DNA of 64,000 nucleotides from Candidatus Eiseniibacteriota bacterium (lineage in GTDB: Bacteria; Eisenbacteria; RBG-16-71-46; DASYSL01), in the NCBI GenBank assembly GCA_031431875.1, contig JANPEF010000026.1, positions 1 through 64,000 on the forward strand, in the 5' to 3' direction. This document shows positions 46,454 through 56,271 of this stretch, one piece after another. The number at the start of each line of letters is the position of its first letter. The first letter of the stretch is position 1. Under the pieces are notes generated by a model. That model made no database searches and was not told the DNA's origin. It worked only from the letters and a program-made list of their open reading frames with translations. A program made the translations under genes and the position numbers.

Positions 46454-47785
46454 ATGATCCGAATCCGTTCCAATCCACTCCGGGCCGCGGCCACCGCCGC
46501 GGCCTTCGCCGTTTCCCTCGCCACCTCGATCGCACCTGCGCTCGCCGCCGACCCCCCCGTGCCGCGCTGGCTCCTGCTCACGGGCGCGACGCTGATCGAC
46601 GGCAGGGGCGGCGCGCCGCAGCGCGGCGTCGAGGTGCTGGTGAAGAACGATCGCATCGAGTCGATCGGCGCGAACCTGGCGGCCCCCGCCGGGGCGACGA
46701 CGCTCGACCTGGCCGGCCAGACGCTCTTGCCCGGGCTCATCGACTGCCACACCCACCTGACGTTCGAGGTCTCCGCCGGCACGCTCCTGCGCGGCGTGAC
46801 CGAGACGCCCGCCGACCAGGCGATCGGCGCGACGCTCTTCGCGCGGCGCACGCTCGAGGCCGGCTTCACCACCGTGCGCAACCTCGGCGCGAGCGAGTTC
46901 GTCGACGTGGCACTCAAGAAGGCGATCGACCGCGGCCTGGTCCCGGGACCGCGCATGATCGTCTCCACCAATTCGTTCTCGACCATCGGCGGCCACGGCG
47001 ACGCCAATGGCTACCGCCCCGGCATCCTCGAGGACCACCTCGACTACACGCAGGGTCTGCCCACCGGCGCCGACGAGTGCCGAAAGGCGGTGCGCTACGC
47101 GCACAAGCATGGCGCGGGCGTGATCAAGATCATGACCACCGGCGGCGTCCTGTCGGCCAACGACGCGCTCGACGCACGTGCGTTCTCGGATGCCGAAATC
47201 GAGGCGATCGTCGACGAGGCGCACCTGCTGGGGCTGAGAGTCTGCGCGCATGCCCACGGCGCTGAAGGACTCAAGGCGGCGGTGCGCGGCGGCGTGAACT
47301 CGATCGAGCACGGCACCTACCTCGACGACGAGGGCGTGAACCTGATGAAGCAGAAGGGCTGCTGGTTCGTCCCGACGCGCAGCGCCGGCGAATGGGTGTT
47401 CGACCAGGCCGACAAGGGCGGGATCCCGCCGCACGCCGTGGCCAAGGCGAAGCAGGTCGGCCCGATCATGCGCGACTCATTCCGCCGCGCGCTGAACGGC
47501 GGTGTGAAGATCGCGTTTGGCACCGATGCCGGCGTCTTCCCCCACGGACAGAACGCGCGCGAGTTCAAGTTCATGACCGACCTGGGCATGAGCCCCATGG
47601 CCGCGATCGTCTCGGCCACCTCCGGAGCCGCCGGGCTGCTGGGCTGGAACGAGGTCGGCGTCGTCGAGAGGGGCCGCTACGCGGACTTCGTGGCGGTGCC
47701 GGGCGACCCGCTGGACGACATCACGCTGCTCGAGCGTCCGAGCCTGGTGATCAAGGGTGGCGCTGTCGTGATCGACCGCCGCTAG
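46454..47785 (+). CDS. Secreted metal-dependent amidohydrolase (Xaa-Pro dipeptidase-like)
   Basis: PGLIDCHTH, AHAHG, SIEHG, AFGTDAG. Confidence 0.9.
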   Translation: MIRIRSNPLRAAATAAAFAVSLATSIAPALAADPPVPRWLLLTGATLIDGRGGAPQRGVEVLVKNDRIESIGANLAAPAGATTLDLAGQTLLPGLIDCHTHLTFEVSAGTLLRGVTETPADQAIGATLFARRTLEAGFTTVRNLGASEFVDVALKKAIDRGLVPGPRMIVSTNSFSTIGGHGDANGYRPGILEDHLDYTQGLPTGADECRKAVRYAHKHGAGVIKIMTTGGVLSANDALDARAFSDAEIEAIVDEAHLLGLRVCAHAHGAEGLKAAVRGGVNSIEHGTYLDDEGVNLMKQKGCWFVPTRSAGEWVFDQADKGGIPPHAVAKAKQVGPIMRDSFRRALNGGVKIAFGTDAGVFPHGQNAREFKFMTDLGMSPMAAIVSATSGAAGLLGWNEVGVVERGRYADFVAVPGDPLDDITLLERPSLVIKGGAVVIDRR

Positions 47786-47786
47786 C

Positions 47787-48581
47787 TTGCGCGCGAACTC
47801 GTTTGGCGCGCGCTACGGAGGCGCCGCCCTCGTCACGGGCGCCTCGGCGGGGATCGGCGAGGCCTTCGCCCGCCGGCTCGCGGCCGACGGAACCGACGTC
47901 GTGCTCGTCGCCCGGCGCGGCGACCGGCTCGACGCGCTCGCGGCCGAATTGGTCGCTGCGCACGATGTGCGCGCCGAGGCGATCGCACTCGACCTCGTCG
48001 CCGCGGACGCGATCCCCCGCCTGCTCGCCGCAATGGCGGAACGCAACATCGTCGTGGGTCTCGTCGTCCACAACGCCGGCATCGCAGTCAATGCGCCGTT
48101 CGCGACGGCCGACCCCGCCCGCCTGCTCGCCCAGGTCGATTTGCACTGTCGAGTCCCCGTCGAGCTCACGCGCGCGCTCCTGCCGGCGATGATCGCCCGC
48201 GGGCGCGGCGGCCTGGTCTACGTGGCGAGCGTCGCGGGACACCTGGCCCTGGCCTCGGGCTCGCTCTACAGCGCGACCAAGGCGTTCGACCTGTTCCTGG
48301 GCGAGAGCCTGTGGGGGGAGCTGGCACCGCTCGGCATCGACGCGCTCGCGGTCTCCCCCGGCTACACGCGGACCGAGTTCCACGGGGTCGCGGGGATCGA
48401 CACGTCGGGGATCCCGGCCTGGGCCTGGACCTTCCCGGACGACGTCGCGAAGGCGGCCCTGGGGCGCCTGGGCAAGGACGCTTCGGTGGTCGTCGGCTGG
48501 CGCTACCAGGCGCTCACGGCGCTGATTCGGCTGGTTCCCCGGGGTCTCCTCAACCGCCTGGTCCGCGGTGTTTTTTCCTGA
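47787..48581 (+). CDS. SDR family oxidoreductase
   Basis: TGASAGIG, HNAG, YSATK. Confidence 0.92.
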   Translation: MRANSFGARYGGAALVTGASAGIGEAFARRLAADGTDVVLVARRGDRLDALAAELVAAHDVRAEAIALDLVAADAIPRLLAAMAERNIVVGLVVHNAGIAVNAPFATADPARLLAQVDLHCRVPVELTRALLPAMIARGRGGLVYVASVAGHLALASGSLYSATKAFDLFLGESLWGELAPLGIDALAVSPGYTRTEFHGVAGIDTSGIPAWAWTFPDDVAKAALGRLGKDASVVVGWRYQALTALIRLVPRGLLNRLVRGVFS

Positions 48582-48658
48582 AAGCCCTCGCCTTGACCTG
48601 CCGATGACCCGGGGAACCGGGAGGCCGACAACCGTCCCCCCGCCGGAGGAGGCACGCC

Positions 48659-49174
48659 ATGCATCCCCACACCGGTCCCACGGGAGGCCCCGCGGCCGCG
48701 GGCGGCGAGAACAATCTCATCGTCGCGCGCTATCGCAACGGCCAGGTGGTCAAGGGCTACACGCGCGACTTCTTTCCCGAGCGGCCGCTCTTCCACGTGC
48801 TGCCCAAGGGGGCATCGCAGCCCATTCCGGTGAAGACCGCCGAGCTCAAGGGCGTGTTCTTCGTGCGTGACCTCATCGGGAACCGGATGCGCCACAAGAA
48901 CCGCCGCTTCCCGGCCATGGACAGTGGGCCGCAGGTCGGACGTCGCATCGCGGTGCTGTTCGAGGATGGCGAGTTGCTGGTGGGACACGCGCAGACATAC
49001 TCGGTCGAACGCCCTGGTTTCTTCGTCTTCCCGCTCGATCCGCTGGGGAACAACACGCGCGTCTACGTGCTGCGTGCCGCGACGAAGCAGGTCAAGCTGG
49101 GTCCCATGGCCGAGGAACTGGCGCGCTCCACTCCGCCGGTGAAGAGCAAGCTGAGGCCGCCCGCGGCGGCGTAA
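48659..49174 (+). CDS. DUF6982-like protein, copy 1
   Basis: VARYRNGQVVKGYTRDF, LKGVFFVRD, FEDGELLVG, GFFVFPLDP.GNN.RVYV; GGAGGAGG RBS. Confidence 0.75.
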   Translation: MHPHTGPTGGPAAAGGENNLIVARYRNGQVVKGYTRDFFPERPLFHVLPKGASQPIPVKTAELKGVFFVRDLIGNRMRHKNRRFPAMDSGPQVGRRIAVLFEDGELLVGHAQTYSVERPGFFVFPLDPLGNNTRVYVLRAATKQVKLGPMAEELARSTPPVKSKLRPPAAA

Positions 49175-49315
49175 GTCGGGATCGAGAGGCCCCTCCCGCC
49201 CCACGACGGTGCGGCCAAGCAGGTTTCTCCCCATCCGCAATCCGGCCGGACGGCACACCGAATGCGGAGGGAATGGGGCAGGCGACCGCCTTCGCCCCGC
49301 AGGAGGCACCAGGCC

Positions 49316-49843
49316 ATGAAACCCCATCCCTCGGGGAGCGGGCCCACGCCGACCGGCAGCGGGAGCAACCTCGTCGTCGCGCGCACTCGAAACGGGAACG
49401 TGGTCAAGGGACACACCCGCGACTTCGTTCCCGAGAACCCGTGCTTCCACGTCCTGCCCCGCGGCGGCGCCCCGCTGGTGTCGATCGCGATGGCGGAGTT
49501 GAAGGCGGTATTCTTCGTGCGCGACCTGATCGGCAGCAAGCTGCGCCACAAGAGCCGGGAGTTCCCGAAGTTCGACCGCGGACCGGATGCCGGCCGCCGC
49601 ATCGCGGTGGTCTTCGATGACGGCGAACTCCTCATCGGTCACGCCCAGACCTATGCGGGAGACCAGCCGGGGTTCTTCGTCTATCCGCTGGATCCGGACG
49701 GGAACAACTCGCGTGTCTACGTGCTGCGCGCGGCGACAAGGGAAGTGCGGCTCGGGCTGGGCGCCGAGGAACTCGCTCGCGTGACGCCGCCGGTGGAGCA
49801 CGGCGACGCCACCCGTCGCCGCCGCATCCTGGGCGACCGCTAG
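49316..49843 (+). CDS. DUF6982-like protein, copy 2
   Basis: Close paralogue of 48659..49174; AGGAGG RBS. Confidence 0.75.
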   Translation: MKPHPSGSGPTPTGSGSNLVVARTRNGNVVKGHTRDFVPENPCFHVLPRGGAPLVSIAMAELKAVFFVRDLIGSKLRHKSREFPKFDRGPDAGRRIAVVFDDGELLIGHAQTYAGDQPGFFVYPLDPDGNNSRVYVLRAATREVRLGLGAEELARVTPPVEHGDATRRRRILGDR

Positions 49844-49851
49844 TCAGTCCG

Positions 49852-50868
49852 CTACCGGTACCGCGCCAGCGCCAGGTCCACGATCTCGCCAATCAGCGTG
49901 GGATAGTCGCGCCCCGATTTCTTCGCCGCCATCGCGAACTCCGCCGACGCCGCCAGCCACGGGTTCGGATTGACCTCGAGCACGTAGACGCGCCCGTCCG
50001 CCGCCAGGCGCATGTCGATGCGCCCGTAGTCGCGCAGCTCGAGCGCGCGGTACGCCTGCAGCGCGGTCTGCTGCAGGTCGGCGGTGACCTTCTCGTCGAG
50101 GTCCGACGGAATCACGCTCTTGGTCACCTTGTAGGCGAGCGTCCCCGTCTCCCACTTCACTTCGCTGCCGGCGATGCGCGGCGTGCCCTCGGGCAGCTTC
50201 GACAGGTCGAGTTCGACGACCGGCAACGCCTCGGGCTCGCCATTGCCCAGCACGGCGACATACATCTCGCGCCCCTCGATGTACTCCTCGATCAGAACCG
50301 GCGAGTCGAACTGCTCGTGCAGGTCGTGGATGCGCTCCATCAGGTCCTTGATCGACTCGCACAGCGCGTTGAACGCGATGCCGATCGAGCCGTCCTCGCG
50401 CGCGGGCTTGACGATCACCGGGAACTGCAGGTCGTGTGACCAGTCGAGGCGCCCGCGGTGGACGCTGGCAAAATACGGCGTCCGGATCCCGTGGAATGCG
50501 AAGAGCTTCTTGGCCAGCGACTTGTTCTGCGCCAGGTGCATGCCGCCGGGTCCCGAGCCGGTGAACTTCTTCCCCAGCAACTCGAGGTATGCGGCGAGGT
50601 GGATGTCCTTCGTGTCGTCCCCCGCCCACGACTCGGTCAGGTTGAACACCAGGTCGCACTCGGCCGCCGCGAGGCGCCCCAGCGCCTCGGTCGTGCCGTC
50701 GAGCTCGAGGTAGATCGGCGCGTGGCCCAGCGTCTTCAGGGCCTCGTGGATCTGCTGGCGATCCTCCTTCTCGGGCTTCTTCTTCCGCGCCTGCGGCGCC
50801 TCCTCGACGACCTCCTCGCTGCCGTCGTCCCACACGTCGTAGAGCACTGCGATCCGCAGTCGGGCCAT
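49852..50868 (-). CDS. D-Ala-D-Ala-ligase-like ATP-grasp protein
   Basis: VFNLTES, IVKPAREDGSIGI, LIEEYIEGRE, YGRIDMR, LEVNPNP. Confidence 0.88.
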   Translation of the reverse strand: MARLRIAVLYDVWDDGSEEVVEEAPQARKKKPEKEDRQQIHEALKTLGHAPIYLELDGTTEALGRLAAAECDLVFNLTESWAGDDTKDIHLAAYLELLGKKFTGSGPGGMHLAQNKSLAKKLFAFHGIRTPYFASVHRGRLDWSHDLQFPVIVKPAREDGSIGIAFNALCESIKDLMERIHDLHEQFDSPVLIEEYIEGREMYVAVLGNGEPEALPVVELDLSKLPEGTPRIAGSEVKWETGTLAYKVTKSVIPSDLDEKVTADLQQTALQAYRALELRDYGRIDMRLAADGRVYVLEVNPNPWLAASAEFAMAAKKSGRDYPTLIGEIVDLALARYR

Positions 50869-50894
50869 GGTCACCTCGGGGCCGGTGGCGCCCC

Positions 50895-51908
50895 TCAGAC
50901 GTGGATGAACTTTCCGCGCGTCAGGTAGTTCATGGCGAGCGTGGTCCCGTAGGCTGTGAGTTCGATCAGCGCCAGCGACTCCCGCGCCCGCTCGATCCAC
51001 AGGTCGAGATCCTTCGTGTGCTGCGCCATGGCTTCCACCAGGCCGCGCACGACCGGTCGTTTGACACCCGTCCAGTACGTGATCTTGTCCGTCAGCGCGA
51101 CGCGATGCTCGAGCAGGAACTCGGTCGCCGGCCGCACGTTCTTGCGCCGCGGGTTCCGGCGCACGAACATGTCGCGCAGGTCGCCGTCCATGGCCATGTC
51201 CACCGCAGCCTTGTTCTGCTCGAGCACCTGGCGGTAGAACTCCTCGACGGTGAGCTCCATCTCCTCCACGGTGATGTCCGTGTCACCGTGGCCGACGATC
51301 GGGTCGACGGCGCCGAAGCGCTTCGCCATCCGGTCCATGTAACGCAACTTCTGGATCGCCGGCCAGCCCTTGTAGCGCTCGCGCCACGCCGAGCGCGGCG
51401 TGAGCCAGACGGCGAACGTCTCGGCGAAGTCCTCGTCGGGATGCTTCTGCGCGTACCAACCCGCGAGGTGGCGCACGTACTTGCGCGAGAATGGCACGGG
51501 CCGGTAGTCGTCGCGATAGCGGCGGTTGAACGGCCCGAACAGCTCGCGCCACTCGGGCGTGGCGTACAGGCGATAGGCGTAATTGAACGCGTGGCCGGCC
51601 TCGTGGCGCAGGTACATGAGGATCTCGCGCTGACTCTCGAGGTCGTTGACGTGCCCCTCGAGGCGGGCGAGCTTGGGGTCCGCGAGGTAGAATGGAATGC
51701 CGATCACGGGCTCCCCCGACGGGCAGCCCCACTCGTCGGTCAGGTAGACCACGGCCTTGAAGCGCTCGAGGCCCTTCTGCAGGAGTTCCTTGCGCAGCTT
51801 CTCGACCGAACGCTCGACCGGTGAGCCCTCGACCTTGAGCCCGAGTTGCGAGATGCGCTTGCCCAGCATCTCCTTGACCTCGGGGGGGGTCTTCTCGAAC
51901 TCGATCAT
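50895..51908 (-). CDS. Putative zinc-binding metallopeptidase (zincin-like)
   Basis: IPFYLA, LRHEAGHA (HExxH), YAQKHPDEDFAETFAVWL. Confidence 0.85.
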   Translation of the reverse strand: MIEFEKTPPEVKEMLGKRISQLGLKVEGSPVERSVEKLRKELLQKGLERFKAVVYLTDEWGCPSGEPVIGIPFYLADPKLARLEGHVNDLESQREILMYLRHEAGHAFNYAYRLYATPEWRELFGPFNRRYRDDYRPVPFSRKYVRHLAGWYAQKHPDEDFAETFAVWLTPRSAWRERYKGWPAIQKLRYMDRMAKRFGAVDPIVGHGDTDITVEEMELTVEEFYRQVLEQNKAAVDMAMDGDLRDMFVRRNPRRKNVRPATEFLLEHRVALTDKITYWTGVKRPVVRGLVEAMAQHTKDLDLWIERARESLALIELTAYGTTLAMNYLTRGKFIHV

Positions 51909-51969
51909 GCCCGGATTTACGCACACGGACGCTGGTGAGGCAACCGCGTCCGTGCGAGACTGTCGAACT

Positions 51970-53439
51970 GTGACCCGACCCACCGTCCTCGTCACCGGCG
52001 CCTCCGGCTACATCGGGGGTCGACTCGTCCCTCGCCTGCTGGCGAGCGGAGTCGACGTGCGCTGCCTCGCGCGCACACCCGTGCGGCTCGCGGGCCGTGC
52101 CTGGAGCGCCGATCCGGCGGTCACCATCATGCAGGGCGACGCGCTCGATGCGGGCGCGCTCGACCGTGCGCTCGCGGGCTGCGACACGGCGTACTACCTC
52201 ATCCATGCGCTCGCCGGCGGCGAGGGCTTTGCCGCCCGCGATCGCAATGCGGCGCACCTGTTCGGCGAGGCGGCGCTGCGCGCCGGCGTGCGACAGGTCA
52301 TCTACCTGGGTGGGCTCGGCGAGGCACGCGCCGACCTGTCGCCCCACTTGCGCAGCCGGCACGAGACGGGCGAGGCGCTGCGCGCGACCGGCGCCCCGGT
52401 CACCGAGTTCCGCGCCGCCGTCATCGTGGGCTCGGGCAGCCTCTCCTTCGAGATGATCCGCTACCTGACCGAGCGCGTGCCGGTGATGATCTGCCCACGC
52501 TGGGTGTCCACGCGCTGCCAGCCGATCGCGATCCGCGACGTGCTCGACTACCTCGTCGCCGCGCGCGGCCGCGCCGAGGCGATCGGCCGCGTGTTCGAGA
52601 TCGGCGGACCGGACGTGCTCACCTACGGCGACATGATGAGGACCTACGCCCGCCTGCGCGGGCTCAAGCGCCTGCTCGTGCCGGTCCCGGTGCTCACGCC
52701 GCGCCTGTCGTCGTACTGGGTCGACCTCGTCACGCCGATCCCCAAGGAGATCGCCCGAACGCTGGTCGAGGGCATGCGCAACGAGGTCATCGTGCACGAC
52801 GACTCCGCCCGACGGCTGTTCGACGTCGAGCCCACGCCCTACGCGACGGCCGTCCAGCGTGCGCTCGAGGACGCGAACCGCGACGACGTCGAGACCGACT
52901 GGGCCGGCGCATTCCCTGGGGGGCCGCTCGAAGGCACCGTGTCGCTTGAGGAACGCGAGGGCCGCATCTTCGAGCGACGGATGCGCACCGTCCGCGCGCC
53001 GTCCGCCTGCGTGTATACCACGTTCGCCGGAATCGGCGGCCGTCGCGGCTGGTACTTCGGCACCGCCCTGTGGCGGCTGCGCGGTCTGCTCGATCGCCTG
53101 GTCGGCGGCGTGGGCATGCGCCGCGGGCGCCGTCACCCCGATGAACTCCGCCCCGGCGACGCGCTCGATTTCTGGCGCGTCGAATCGGTGGACTCCGGGC
53201 GCGCGCTCCGCCTGCGCGCCGAGATGAAGCTGCCCGGCCGCGCCTGGCTGGTCTTCGAGTGCGAGCCCGATCCGGCGGACGCGACGCGCACGCAGCTTCG
53301 CCAGACCGCGGTCTTCGAGCCGCGCGGCCTGTTCGGTCTTGTCTACTGGTACGCACTGTATCCGCTGCACCAGGTCGTCTTCGACGGACTCATCGACGCA
53401 ATCCGCCGGCGGGCCGAATCGGCGGGAAACGGGACGTGA
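51970..53439 (+). CDS. NAD(P)-binding SDR oxidoreductase with DUF2867 (YbjT-like)
   Basis: VTGASGYIGG, GSGSLSFE, GDALDFWRV, AEMKLPGRAWL. Confidence 0.9.
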   Translation: MTRPTVLVTGASGYIGGRLVPRLLASGVDVRCLARTPVRLAGRAWSADPAVTIMQGDALDAGALDRALAGCDTAYYLIHALAGGEGFAARDRNAAHLFGEAALRAGVRQVIYLGGLGEARADLSPHLRSRHETGEALRATGAPVTEFRAAVIVGSGSLSFEMIRYLTERVPVMICPRWVSTRCQPIAIRDVLDYLVAARGRAEAIGRVFEIGGPDVLTYGDMMRTYARLRGLKRLLVPVPVLTPRLSSYWVDLVTPIPKEIARTLVEGMRNEVIVHDDSARRLFDVEPTPYATAVQRALEDANRDDVETDWAGAFPGGPLEGTVSLEEREGRIFERRMRTVRAPSACVYTTFAGIGGRRGWYFGTALWRLRGLLDRLVGGVGMRRGRRHPDELRPGDALDFWRVESVDSGRALRLRAEMKLPGRAWLVFECEPDPADATRTQLRQTAVFEPRGLFGLVYWYALYPLHQVVFDGLIDAIRRRAESAGNGT

Positions 53440-54878
53440 ACCGCCGGACTGCGATCGGCCTCGCGCTCGCGCTCGTCGCTGCGGCGATCGTGCTGGCGAT
53501 CCCCGCGCCATCGATCTCGCCGCAGGCCCACCGCCTGGGGGCGATCTGGATCGCGATTGTCATCCTGTGGATGACCGAGGCGCTGCCGTTCGCCGTCAGC
53601 GGCCTGCTCGCGCCGACGCTCGTCATCATGGCCGGCGTGGCGACGCCGCGCGACGCGTTCGCGGCGTTTGGCGATCCGGTGCTGTTCCTGCTCATCGGCT
53701 CGTTCCTGCTCGCCCGCGCATTCGAGTCGTCGGGACTCGGGCGCAGAATTGCGCTCGTGCTGCTCACGCTGCCGTTCGTCGCGGGGCGGCCGCTGCGTAT
53801 CCTGCCGCTGTACGGCCTGCTGTGCTTCACCATCTCGATGTGGACCAGCAACACGGCCACGGCGGCGCTCATGTTCCCGATCGCGCTCTCCGTGCTGACC
53901 ATGCTCGGGCACGGCGAGGCGGCGGGCGGGCGCGAGCGCTACGCAACCGCGCTCCTGTTGATGTGCACGTTTGGCGCCTCGATCGGCGGGTTGGCCACGC
54001 CGGTCGGGACGCCGCCCAACCTGATCGGGCTTGGCCTGATCGAGCGCGAGCTCGGAACCCGCCCCAGCTTTCTCGAGTGGATGACCGTGTTCGTCCCGGT
54101 GTCGCTCGCGCTGCACCTGGCGATGACCGCGATCTTCATCGTCTCAGCCCGGCGCGATCCGGCCGCGGCGCCGCGGCCCACGCCCGGGCTGATCGCCGAG
54201 CGCGAGCGCCTCGGTCCCTGGACGGCGCGCGAGCGCGCGGTGGCCGGGATCTTCGGCGGGACGATCGTGCTCTGGCTCCTCCCGGGGCTGTGGGAGCTCG
54301 CCCTCGGGGCGAGCGATCCGCTGGCGGGGCAGCTCACCAGGGTGCTGCCCGAGACCGCGACGGCGCTGCTGGGCGCGGCATTCCTGTTCATCGTGCCCGC
54401 CGGTGGGCGCCCGACACTGACGTGGGAGGAGGCCCGGGACATCGACTGGGGCACGATCCTCCTGTTCGGCGGCGGGGTGTGCCTGGGCGGGCTCCTGCTC
54501 TCGAGCGGGCTCGGCGGGGCGATCGCCGAGGCGTTGCGCCGCGCCGCGGGCCTCCACGACGCGCTCGGCGTCACCGCGCTGTCGGTGGTGCTCGCCGTCT
54601 TCCTCTCCGAGACCAGCTCGAACACCGCGTCGGCCACGCTCATCGTGCCGATCACGATCGCGCTGTCGCACAGCGTGGGCGCCGATCCGCTGGTGCCCGC
54701 GCTGGCCGCGACGGCGGCGTCGAGCCTCGGCTTCATGCTGCCGGTCTCGACCGCGCCGAACGCGATCGTCTTCGGCTCCGGCCGCGTTCCGCTGGGCGTG
54801 ATGATCCGCTACGGCCTCACCCTCGACCTGCTCGGCATCGGGCTGCTGATCGGCACCGCGGCGCTGTTCCTGCGATGA
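53436..54878 (+). CDS. SLC13/DASS anion transporter
   Basis: SMWTSNTATA, TPVGTPPN, SNTASA, PVSTAPNA. Confidence 0.92.
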   Translation: MNRRTAIGLALALVAAAIVLAIPAPSISPQAHRLGAIWIAIVILWMTEALPFAVSGLLAPTLVIMAGVATPRDAFAAFGDPVLFLLIGSFLLARAFESSGLGRRIALVLLTLPFVAGRPLRILPLYGLLCFTISMWTSNTATAALMFPIALSVLTMLGHGEAAGGRERYATALLLMCTFGASIGGLATPVGTPPNLIGLGLIERELGTRPSFLEWMTVFVPVSLALHLAMTAIFIVSARRDPAAAPRPTPGLIAERERLGPWTARERAVAGIFGGTIVLWLLPGLWELALGASDPLAGQLTRVLPETATALLGAAFLFIVPAGGRPTLTWEEARDIDWGTILLFGGGVCLGGLLLSSGLGGAIAEALRRAAGLHDALGVTALSVVLAVFLSETSSNTASATLIVPITIALSHSVGADPLVPALAATAASSLGFMLPVSTAPNAIVFGSGRVPLGVMIRYGLTLDLLGIGLLIGTAALFLR

Positions 54879-55165
54879 TCCGCTTCCGCGACGAGGGGGA
54901 CGAGGATGCGCCCGACGATGCCCCCGCCGGCCCGCACGACGACGACGACGCGCTCGACCACGGCGCGCGCTCGCGCGTCGACGACACCTATGCGGCGACC
55001 TGCCCGTACTGCTTCGAGGAGAACGAGTTGTTCGTCGACCTGGGCGGCGGCTCCGACCAGAGCTACGTCGAGGATTGCGCGGTGTGCTGCCGACCGTGGC
55101 AGGTCAGGGTGACGGTCGACCAGGAGGGCGCGGTGGCAGTCGAGCTGGAGCCGCTCGACGAGTGA
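54875..55165 (+). CDS. CPXCG-motif cysteine-rich small protein
   Basis: CPYC...QSYVEDCAVCCRP; acidic N-terminal extension. Confidence 0.82.
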   Translation: MIRFRDEGDEDAPDDAPAGPHDDDDALDHGARSRVDDTYAATCPYCFEENELFVDLGGGSDQSYVEDCAVCCRPWQVRVTVDQEGAVAVELEPLDE

Positions 55166-55190
55166 GGCAAGTCGCCAGGGGCGGGTCCGC

Positions 55191-56141
55191 TCAGCGGCGG
55201 TAGGTGTCCTTGAGCCGCCCCCACGATCGACGGATCGCCGGCGTCGAGGGATGGAACGGCACCCACGTGATGTAGGCGGGCCCGCCCCCCACCAGGAACG
55301 TCTTGGCCGACGAGAGCGCCGCGTCGCACAGTACGACCTCGCCGAGCGCGGTGCTCATCGCCACCTCGCCGCTCGCCGACACCGCGACGTCGATCAATCC
55401 CGGGATGGCGGTGTCCAGCGTGTCGAACGAGGCGCCCTGCGCCGTGAAGCGCCGGATGGATCCGTCGCCCGAAGCGCCGTAGTACGTCCCGTCGGGCGCG
55501 AGCGCGATCGCTTGCAGGGAGCCGTCGAGCTGCACCGAGCCGGTGCTCGCCATGGTGAGCGGATCGAAGATGAAGACGACGTTCGTGTTGGCGACCAGCG
55601 CATGCAGGCGCCCGTCCGGCCCGGCGGCGAGGTCGCTGAAGTCGAAGCCCGCGATCCCCCGCTCCGCCAGGTAGCCGGCATCCCCGTCGAATGCGATCAG
55701 CCCGTTCGCGGCGCCGCTCGGCGTCGCCATGTCGCCGGCGACGAAGTCGTGCCCGAACGCGGCGAGCCCGCCGAAACCGCCGAGTTCCAATGTCGACCAG
55801 CCCGGGAACGTGGCGTGCGTCCACCCCGCCACGCCGGCGTCGTACACGCTGAGGTACGGCGCCGTCGCGCCGTTGAAGACGCCGAGCCGCGCGTCGGAAT
55901 CGAACGCCAGGCCGAGCAACGGGTTCGTGCCACCGCGCGCCCCCGGCGGATAGGGCACGGCAATCGACGCCACCGGCAGCCCGTCGGTGCGAAACTCGCG
56001 GACCTCCGCGCCGCTGGTGAGGACGACATTGCCCCAGCTGAACGCGCTGGCGGGGCCGGAGGGCGCCAGGGCGCCGCCGAGGATGCCCAGGGCCACGAGC
56101 GCGAGCCGTGCGTGCGGCGGATGATGCAGACCAGGGATCAC
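55191..56141 (-). CDS. Secreted beta-propeller-like protein with C-terminal SWGRLKDTYRR motif
   Basis: Signal peptide ending ASA; blades GLAFDSD, DLAAGPDG, IALAPDG, DVAVSASG; start approximate. Confidence 0.72.
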   Translation of the reverse strand: MIPGLHHPPHARLALVALGILGGALAPSGPASAFSWGNVVLTSGAEVREFRTDGLPVASIAVPYPPGARGGTNPLLGLAFDSDARLGVFNGATAPYLSVYDAGVAGWTHATFPGWSTLELGGFGGLAAFGHDFVAGDMATPSGAANGLIAFDGDAGYLAERGIAGFDFSDLAAGPDGRLHALVANTNVVFIFDPLTMASTGSVQLDGSLQAIALAPDGTYYGASGDGSIRRFTAQGASFDTLDTAIPGLIDVAVSASGEVAMSTALGEVVLCDAALSSAKTFLVGGGPAYITWVPFHPSTPAIRRSWGRLKDTYRR

Positions 56142-56205
56142 GAACGCTCCAGATTGAGCCGGCGCCCTGCGCGCCGGGACCGTGATTCTAGCACCGCAAC
56201 GCAGA

Positions 56206-56233
56206 GGCCCGGGACGAGGCTTCGTCCCGGGCC
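56206..56233 (-). terminator. Hairpin after yceI
   Basis: GGCCCGGGACGA-GGCT-TCGTCCCGGGCC. Confidence 0.55.
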
Positions 56234-56271
56234 CGACGTGCGGTCCAGCCGCGATGGTCGTTGCGGCGGCG

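Noticed and set aside
41578..47007. Long antisense ORFs (1040 and 757 aa) and many similar ones elsewhere
   Set aside because: Antisense shadows of GC3-biased genes, with no domain motifs
48613..48636. GGAAC...CGTC as an ECF promoter before the DUF6982-like gene
   Set aside because: The 15-nt spacer is short and support is too weak
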